In this document: one piece after another, positions 54,630 through 64,000 of the stretch | How positions within the stretch are numbered: position 1 is the stretch's first letter | Layout of the letters: each line of letters begins with the position of its first letter | NCBI RefSeq assembly: GCF_009834535.1 | Contig: NC_045696.1 | Location: forward strand, 66,652,001-66,716,000 | DNA length: 64,000 bases | Direction: 5' to 3' | Source of the DNA: Camelus ferus | Lineage: Eukaryota | Program-made: the position numbers and the translations under genes | Notes under the pieces: generated by a model | Seen by the model: the letters and a program-made list of their open reading frames with translations, nothing else | Databases searched by the model: none | What the model was told of the DNA's origin: nothing

Positions 54630-57600
54630 CTAGGAACACAAACATGGGAATGATGGTGAGCACGGGACACTGAAGAGTGGGGGCTGCTCATTTCTAACAG
54701 GTCTCAGATTAAAACATGGCCTTAACTGTACACTGGTAAAAACATTTCTCCAGAACCTTATGAAGAAGTTATTTGTGTTCCCATCTAAGAATCTTTCCTG
54801 ACTTGGGACGGATCACCAGGCAATTCTCAAACCATATTTTTCCTACATGTGTAGCTGACAAAGCTGAGCATCTTCCTAAAGTACCTCCTTTGTAAGAGGA
54901 CAGATCACTGCTTCGTCTTCTTCCCTCTGTTGTTTTCTCCATCCCTCTCCCCTTGTGTGCCCTTCAACTCAAAACAAATTTGAAAATCAATAAGGGAAAA
55001 GAACAGAGTAAAGACCCAAAGGCTTAAGACAGACATGGAGATGCCAAGGTAAAACTGCAGCCGAGGCATTTCATCTGTAGCTTCCTAAGCCATTTGGGAT
55101 ATGCAGAAAATAGCTGCAAAGCCACTCAGACAGGGCACTCGGCAGCACACCCTGCCGTCACGCAGGACGCGTGCTTTCTCAGCCTAGATGCTCGTGGGCT
55201 GTGAGGGAACCCGTCAGATGCCAAACGCCCCTCTACACGAAGGGAGCCCCAGAGCCCAAAGAACTGTCCTTCTGAGTTTCCACAAGTCTCCTGGGAGACA
55301 AAGGGAAAAACAAGCCTTCCATTCAGCATAACTTCAATTTGGAAACTTACTAGGGTTGCTTTGTCATACTCTGCGTTATATTACATACAGTATTCTCTAC
55401 TCAACAGTCTGTTCCTGAATTCTCTTTGAATATAGAACTAGTGATGCGTATGAGAATCAGGGAAGAATGGAGAGTCAAAAAAAAAAATCAATGTTTAGGT
55501 CTTTCTCAAGGATATATTAGAAAGCCATATATGCAAGCCGGGAAATGTCCATCACCAGAAAACTACATAAACTAAATAGATATACACCTACTGCATGAGT
55601 TAGATGCTAGAGGTAAGAAAACTAAGAAGTGGTTCCATTTTTGAGAAGCTCATAAAGTAGGAGTTACACGGGGATAATAATGCAACCTACCTTGCAGGGC
55701 TATGGTGAGAACTGAAAAAGACAAGAGGAGAAAGAACTACACACACTGTTGGTATTTACAGTAAGTGATTATTATGACCATAGAATGAAGACTGGGCTGA
55801 GCATGTAAAAGGGGAAAAGCTCCTCTTTAATACTCCTCAAATAAAATGTATTATTTTGCCCCTGTTTGTCTCTTCCCTGTTGCAGCCAAATTTATATTAG
55901 AGAAGAGAGGGCAAAACAATGTTTTGTTGAGTTTTATTTGTGTGTGTGTATGTGTATGTGTATGAGATTTAGAAGGCTCTGTAAATGAATTCAAGTTCCA
56001 AAAAAACATGCTGTAATAATGTTTGAAAAAATAAAAAGTGTCTGACACCTGAGTGTTGCAGTGGTACTAGGCGTGGTCTTTGAAGCTGCCCCTCTGCATT
56101 CTCCGTAATTACACAAAACAGGGAAGGCTCCGTTCCGGATCACTGCAGAGCCACAGCCAGAGGCATTCAAACAATATGCTGTATACACATTTGCATAAGT
56201 GAACATGACAATTAATGTGCAATTGACAATTCAGCTGCATTTTACAATCACTGTCTTTAAAGCAGGGAGGTGCTGATTTCTTCCTTTAGCCTTTCTCAAG
56301 AAGACAAGTTTAGACCGACGTTGTAGAAACAGGTGTTTATATATATAACAAACTCTTCCAGTTCTAAGATTTCAGGTTACCAAGTTCTCCTTGATTCCTT
56401 TTCCTGAATGGGTCTCACATCCCTGTGGAGGAGGACATGGGATGGCAGTGTTGGGATGGGCAGGAATTAGTATGTCTATTGTACAGATGGGTAAATATAA
56501 GACTAAGAAAAAAATGTGCCCAAGTCACACATTGCTAAATGATGAGTTGATAGGTCTCCTAGCTCCTAGGCCAAGAGTTTTCTCTTTCATTCTGTGCTAC
56601 CTTCCTAGAAATAAGACAGTGGAGTGTGACAGGTTACATAATCAAAAAATGAGTGAAGTGGTGAGGGAGACATGGGAGACCAAGATAGAGCAGGAAGCAA
56701 AGGATATAGTAAAGGAGGTCCCTGGTTATCCTCAAACCCATTTCATCCCTTTGTAGAAGCCTCGCATAATGGTTGGCACATTTGAATATATTTAGGGACA
56801 TCTGTAAGTCCCTATCAAAGCACAGGAACCGCACAGGGGGGTTGCCAGGTGTTTCTTCCTCTATCTCTGCCCACCACAAAGTAACTAAGATGCCAGGATG
56901 CCCAGACTCCATAGGCAGGTAACCTCTATATCCTAGAGAAGGGTCTACCTTTCTCTCCCATTCTCCCAAATCAGTCAAACTACAGCAAGAGCTACCAGAA
57001 GTGTGGCTTGAACCATTAATATCCACCATTAGGGAAATAAAATTACATTTATAAGCTTTGAATTTTTCCTGGATCCCCAGTTATAGTAAAGGCCTTCTTC
57101 CAAATCCTGTTATAATTCCTTTCTCTCATTCCCTCTGTGGTTTTTATTTTTGACCATTTTACTAGTTCATTTGTTATAAGCCACCTAAACTATTTTTGAG
57201 GAAGGTAGGTCACAAACCACAGATGAACAAAGAAGGGATATGAATTTTGGAGCCAATCAAAACATCTGGGTTCCCATTCTAGCTCTGACACAAATCAATT
57301 AAGTGACTTTGGGTATTATACAAGACTCCTGAATCTCATTTTCTCAGTCTGTAGAATGGGCATTACACTCACTCCAGAAGGCCTGCAATGGCAATTAAAT
57401 TAGATTATGCAAGAGCCCTGGACATTTTCCTCTAATTTGTAGCTGCTCAAGAAACAATGGTTCCTTTCACTATTCCCCTCCAGCCCCAAATGTTTACTAC
57501 CCTAGAGTGCGGTCAAGAGGATAAGAGGCGTCAGTTTAAGAATTAATAGGAGGAAGTGGCAAGGATTCTTAGTTGAGCAAACCTAAATTAGGGTGAGTGG

Positions 57601-57990
57601 ATGAATGGGAATAAGAATCTGAAAAGTTCAGAAATGTCGAATGCCTCTCTAATGTAGAAGTTGAGACGTTGAAGCCACTAAGAAGGAAGGTTGGGGTAGT
57701 CTGTTTATTACAAGAATAAAATGTCTGAAATAGAAGGTGTTCTGATCATCACCATGTGCTACAGAAAAGGGAGCAAGGCTGAAGCAGTTTGTGACCAATT
57801 TTAAAGCCTTGAAGAATAAGCATTTTTTGTTCCTTTACAAATACAATGTCACAGTGTTTGAGCAGACACTCTCAAAGATTGCTGGGGATTCTGAAGAGAT
57901 GGAAGAGATGGGAAAATGTTCAAGGACAACAGGACCTGTGCCATTATGGTTTTCTCATCTTCCCCCACTGAAAAAAAAAAAAAAAAAGAT

Positions 57991-58021
<31 letters not shown>

Positions 58022-59603
58022 TAAGACCATAGTTCTCCCCAGGTAAATGACATGGTGCTAAGTCTCTGGTTGTTTTCTCTAGAGGCATCCTAGATTTTTC
58101 TAGGAATCCAATACACAGAGACAGAAGAGGCATGCTTCATGTATTTCTAGTTTTGAGGAGAAATCCTGGTAAAGTCGAGTCCCAGTTCTTAACTCTAATA
58201 AGGTAGACTTCTGTACACATTGTTAAGAATAAAATGCAGGATCTCAGAGCTGTAAGAGCTCTTTAGGATCACCCAGGATTGAAAAAGAGGGATCCTGATT
58301 TCGAGGCGAGTGATCACCTACATGGTGGAGAGTCAAAATTCTTGAGAAGATACAAACTCAAAGTTGTCTTTTCCATTTTGCTAGAGAGGCCTAGAATTCC
58401 ACCAAAGAATTCCTTCTTTTGTCTTAAATCTTCTATTGCTAGTGAAAAAGCAACTCTCTAGCAGAATCTGGCAATAGCTCAGGGTAAATCTATTTTGCCA
58501 GACCAATTCTGGAGTGCAGAATCCAAGAGGGGAAAAGGATAATGGAGTAGAGTGAAACATCTCCAGTGTGAGGCAGGTCAAAAAAAGAGAAGACATGGAA
58601 CATCAGGAAAGGAATGTTTCCTCCTCTAAATTCTGCCCAGTACTGCCCCACCTGTAACTTTTCTCTCTAGCTGGTGAATCTTGCTTCTAAAGACAAAAGG
58701 CAGCATTTATTCTCTGGATAGATCAACTGTAATTGAAAATATTTTCTATCAGTTGAAATACATGCATTTACATAAACATCACTAGAATGATGTTAAAAAA
58801 CGTCCATAAGAATAGGGTGAAAGGAAAAAAAAGAAAAACTTCCAAAAGAAAAAGTACATGTTAAAAAACTAAACATACTCAACTAACCATTTGAGAAATT
58901 TGTAAATTTCTTAAACAGGGATTAGAAAGCTATTAGATTATTGAAAACACTGTACCAATGGAACAAGATCATCTAATTTTACTATTATACTTTTATCTCA
59001 AACATAAACATGTTTTTTCTTAAGTATTTTTCTAAGCTACTATAGTATTTTTATTTAGAGCAATTGTTTTTGAAGTTTTTAAAAACAATTACCCAAAGAT
59101 CAGAACATACTGCAATTAAAAAAATAAAAAATAAAAGCACTGGACAATAATAGGTCCCACTACAGAATTCCGGATATTTCCTAATGCCTATGTTGCATAA
59201 GCCAAACTATTTAATAAATTTGGATTTGATTTAAATTTCTATTAGTGGATTTGGCAACTGAAGATATAACTCAAGACTTGTTCAGAGACCTGGACAAACG
59301 ATACTATAGTGCCTGGCTCTTCCTGATGAAATTAAACATGCACAGGGCTAAAATATATTTGCAAGTTCGTGTAGGCATTGAAATTTATTTTTAGGACTGA
59401 TGACCTGGGTACAGAGTATCTTAAATAAAAACCCCAAATACTGACAATAGTGTAGACAGAACCGAAGTGACCTATTATTCTTGTTCTTCAGACTTACACA
59501 TGGTGTTTCAAGCACCTACATGAAAATATTCTAACACCTAAGGAATTCTGAAAAGCAAAAGAGACAGAAAAGAGAAACTCCAAGATAAACCAAGATGCAA
59601 AAG

Positions 59604-59609
59604 TTTATT
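59604..59609 (-). terminator. TP63: polyadenylation signal of the gamma isoform
   Basis: tttatt on + (AATAAA on -), followed on the minus strand by U/CU-rich sequence. Confidence 0.75.
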
Positions 59610-60836
59610 GAAAATTAAAATCACACATCCATAAAGCGACAGCCTCAATAACAAGAAATCATTGCTGTGGGGACACAGAATAAAGAGGTGGTGATCTGGT
59701 GTGGGGGCTGGGGGTGGGGAGGAGGTGTGTTTTAAGTCTTTATACTATTATTTTAAAATATGATTTTTAAATGGAAATAAGTAGATTCTCTAAACTCTCT
59801 GAGCCAAAAAAAGTCATCTACTCTTTCTATCGTTAAGTTTTAGGCCAGGAGTGTTGATTTGAACATGTATCTGCTCGGACATCACTTAAATAAAATCTAA
59901 GTGTCCTGGACAAGGCAGTTAGGGCAGTGTCAGTAACACGGCTGATGGTATGGGAGGACTGGGGGTAGGAGGTCCAATCAAACAAGTTAATCATAGATCT
60001 GGTGAGAGGACTTCGAGCTCTGTTTTGGGCATTGAAGAATGATGTACAACTGGAACAATATCACCGGGGTAGTGCTACCCTCCTATTAAAATGACAAAAA
60101 TTGCCTGGGGGTCTAAATAGCACTTTTGGGGGGGGGTCGGTCTCCAGGGTTTCCAGGGGCAAGGAAGACTATCATATCACATGATGACATGTGGTGGCAG
60201 GGGCATGATCTGAACTTCCTGAACTTCAGCATTACTGAGCTTCCTACTACATTTGAGGGGAGGATACTGATAATGCAAGTTCTCAAAATGAAGAAAAAAC
60301 CATCACCCACAGTGGCTACTCATGGTAATTATCACCTCTCTGCCCAGCAGTACACTTGACAGCTTAGTTGATTACTATTTGCAGTATCATTGCATGACCA
60401 GCATTAAAAGGGTCCGACTGAGTCTCTCAGTCCCCTGCAATTTACTTCTGCACAGACAGTAACAACTTTTTTCTCCTTTTCTTAAAAAGGCATCTTAAGT
60501 TTGAGACCTGCTCAAAAGCTTCTCTATGAGTTTTAGAAACACGACAGAAGGTAACAGAAAAGGGTTCCAATCAACACCTTAATGCCCCTCTTCCCAACCT
60601 GAGCTCCTCCCTCCCGAGAAACAACATAAAAGCTCACAGACAAACAAAAGGGGTTCCTGACTGACCAACGTTAGACCTCAGGACACAGAATCTGCAGAAA
60701 ATGTCCTTTCTTGTGTAGTTTTGAGTCCCTTCAAAGATTTTCCCACTAGTGGCTGTGTGCCTTTGAGCAGTTGGGTCTCTGAGCCAAAGCGTCTTCAAGT
60801 TCTGGTTATGAGGGCTGGATACACTCACGCACTCAG

Positions 60837-60855
60837 GCACACGCACGCACGCACG

Positions 60856-60897
<42 letters not shown>
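60837..60897. repeat. (GCAC)n(GC)n(AC)n alternating purine-pyrimidine tract in the gamma 3' UTR
   Basis: Read directly. Confidence 0.97.
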
Positions 60898-60901
<4 letters not shown>

Positions 60902-60946
60902 CTACAAGCACACACGCCAGAAACACAGAGATGGAGAGCTGGGGCT

Positions 60947-61061
60947 CTACGGGCACACCGATCGGTCTGGGGGGCTGGAATGTCTAAAGAAGACGTCGGA
61001 TTGCTTCGGGGCTCCTCTCCGGGGTGCCACAAGCTCGTTCCTGAAGCAGGCTGAAAGGAGA
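60947..61061 (-). CDS. TP63: TP63 gamma alternative terminal exon (exon 10'), coding part
   Basis: Acceptor ccccctgcag|T followed by (H)LLSACFRNELVAPRRGAPKQSDVFFRHSSPPDRSVCP-TAG, recognisable as the p63gamma C-terminus; same phase as exon 11. Confidence 0.96.
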
Positions 61062-61372
61062 CTGCAGGGGGGGAGGGCCAGAGAAAAGAGAAGATGAAGG
61101 CTCAGGACTTTGCATGTCCAAACCAACTGAAGACAGAAGCACATCCCCCTACCTTCATGATCACAGTGCAGACAGACCAGAATGCCTGTAGGGCTGTTCG
61201 TGTTCTTTCCTCCCTAGCCTCCTTTAAAACTACTCAGAGATGACTCTCAAGAGCTTTATGAAGAAGAAATGAGATGAGGCAGTGGTGGTCATCCAGAACT
61301 ATTAGAATCACCTACAGAACTTAAAAAAAAAAAATTTCCACAGATCCTCTCTGAGACTGGGACCCAGACACA

Positions 61373-61399
<27 letters not shown>
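61373..61399. repeat. (TG)n microsatellite upstream of the gamma acceptor
   Basis: Read directly. Confidence 0.95.
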
Positions 61400-61403
<4 letters not shown>

Positions 61404-64000
61404 TTAATTTTTTTTTTAACAAGTTCCACAGTGATTCAGTTGAGGACTACTGAAATAAGGTAGGTCAAGGTGCTTAGTACAGTGTTTGGCACATTGGACT
61501 TAATTAATTGACAAAAGGAATGCAGAGACAAGAATTAACTTCAATCGTTTGTAAAATGTCATCTGCCCAATTATGATACCTCATTACTGTTCCCATCTAG
61601 CCTAACTCTGTAGGATGAAGAAATATGATCTTATCAGGCTGGGGGCTGCACCATCACGCCTTTGTGAAGAACCATTAATGAGCATTTTGCATGTGCCCAG
61701 ACTGAGATGGGTAAATATCTTAATCCCTTCAGTCACAAACTTGGCCTATAAAGGCACGTATCAAACTCATGACAGCAACATCTGCATAATTAATAAATCA
61801 ATTATGCCACAGGGATGCCAGGAACAAATCCTTTTGTTTTGCTAAGGTTTGCACAACCCCACAAACTGTTCAGGAATTGTTTCCCAGGTGGCTTTTGAAT
61901 CAATTACACTTGGTTACTCCCTGCGAAGGAACAAAGCCATTTTTACTTGGTCGGGGCTGGGATTAAGCAAACCATCTCACCAGCAAGAAGTGGCATCATC
62001 TTGAAGAATATGCCAGAATACAAATTAGTAGGGAAGCAATTTATTGTCAACTAAAGAACAATGGCTTTGACTTCTCGTTTGGATATTACATCTTGTGGCG
62101 TCTCTCAGAGCAAGGGCTGAATGAGACAAGGTGCAGAAATCACGTTTCAGTTATGATAAAAAGTGTCTGGACCGGGGGCTTGGGAGACTCAGAACTGAGA
62201 CAAGTTCTGCAGTGAGATGTGAGGACATAGAAGAGTGATTTAATCTATCTGAATTTAATGAATCTGAGTTTTATTTCCTCAATACCAATTCAGAGCTAAT
62301 AAATCTCTATCCTGACAACTTCCGACCATCACTGTGAAGTTCAACACTAACACTGTGTAAACTATAAAAGCCTGTGCAGGGCCATGACCTATAAGGCTGA
62401 ATCTCATAAAGTTGCTAATATTTACCTGTTTTTTATCTATGAAACTGGTGATGTCAAACAAATATTCTGGAAGTGTGGAGGATTTTTAAGTCAAACTTAG
62501 AAATATAACATTTATTATGTCTATCAATGAGCTAAAGAAAGATTTGTTTTCTGCTTTCTCTTACCTTGATAGCCCCTACATATTTCTTGTTTCTCTCTCA
62601 GATACATGAATCTGAGGAAAGATTATCAATATTCTTGAAGAAAATGAGCTTAAAAAGACAAGACTTTATACTGAAACTATAAGGGTAGATACCAACTAAC
62701 ACAATAATCTAAACTGATACAGATCTCAAAAATGGGAATAAATGCTTGCTTTGGTTTTATTATTATAACTTTCTTAACTAATGAAGCAGACCAGAATATT
62801 ATAAACAGCTGTGGCTTCCAATTCTAATTCTAGTTTTGGCTTTATTATGAACTGGCCATGAAATCACAAGTGTAGTTCATTGGGCCTCCATTTCCCCAGC
62901 TGTGGTAGGAAGAGGTTGGAACAAAGGTCTTGAAGACCATGTTCTGTTCTAATATTCTCTGACCTATGTTATTAATGAGCCACAATCATCAAGTGATTAT
63001 AAAGGAGAAGGAAACACTAAAGGTTCCTTAGGATGTCACATATTTGTATTAAAATTAAAATAAATCCATCCTGTAGAAACTCAAAAATAATTCTCCAGAG
63101 GAAAGCAAGAGTTCGGCTAAGCAAAATTTTAACAGTTGGCCTCAGATCAGGATGAAAGCCAAGAAGAAGGATAAATTCTAGAAAAAAAATGAAAAAGAGA
63201 TAGTACTGGGCTAAGGTACACATGTCAAAAGATTGCTAAAAAGGAGCAAGTGGCTTCTGCAAAGCTGTCTTAAGAGCTAATGTCATTTGAAAATATGGCG
63301 GTAAGGTGTGTAGTGACAAGAATGGGTCCAATCTGTCCCCAACTAGATTCTGGCTCCCATGGACACAACTCTCTATGTTTATTCCAATGTGAGCAAATTA
63401 AGTAAAATCAAATTTCTTTATAAATGGTATAAAGCCTATTTACATCTATAACAATTTGATTCACAAAAACTCAGTGTAAAATGTAGCCTCCATAAAGCCT
63501 ATGATCATGAAGGTAATTGTGAAGGAATTTTTAAAAGAGGAAAACCATGCACCAGTAAAAAGCAAACAGAGAAAACACATAGTGGGGAACTAACAGAAGC
63601 AACTGAACTTAAAATACTGTATTGCAACTTTGTACAAAGTAGATTCCCTTCCCAATAATTTTTCCTCTTATACTATGAAGAAAAGCACAAAACTGATTCC
63701 TCACCAGCATAAAATTGGTACTAAGTCTTTGGGAAGGAAATCACAGGCTATCACAGACATTTTCCAAGCTGACGTATTCTTTTCAAATGATGGTCATGGA
63801 ATTGGGCTTCCTTTTTTTTTTTTTTTGTCTAGTCATTACGCTTTTTTTTTTGAGATTTGCATAATGATAAAAGAGCTGAAAAAAGCTCAGCTGAAGAATA
63901 CAGCAACTGGAGGATTCATATAGATGTATATCAATCATTGGAGACCCATGTATGTATAATGTAACAAAGCCATAATTAGATGAAATGTCTGTATTTTGCA

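Larger units (their letters stand above)
59580..60946 (-). other. TP63: TP63 gamma 3' UTR (~1.35 kb)
   Basis: Runs from the gamma stop to AATAAA at 59604-59609; the 3' end is estimated ~20-25 nt past the hexamer. Confidence 0.75.

Overview
Mammalian genomic DNA, most likely a camelid judging by two Vic-1/ALPINE-type tRNA-derived SINEs. The right third holds the 3' end of TP63 on the minus strand: the alternative gamma terminal exon (60947-61061 coding, UTR to ~59580), exons 11-14 with canonical GT-AG boundaries, and a ~3 kb alpha/beta 3' UTR ending near 44440. Positions 1-44400 are gene-free downstream DNA full of L1, L2, MIR, hAT and LTR remnants, with a few repeat-poor stretches rich in AP-1/ARE motifs. 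I see no new protein-coding system; ORFs outside the TP63 exons look spurious or repeat-derived. The best leads are a ~160 bp diverged tandem duplication in the TP63 3' UTR that adds polyA hexamers, an exon-14 acceptor read in three frames, two local dispersed duplications, and candidate downstream enhancers. Human and mouse comparisons and repeat family names are from memory and need checking by alignment or RepeatMasker.
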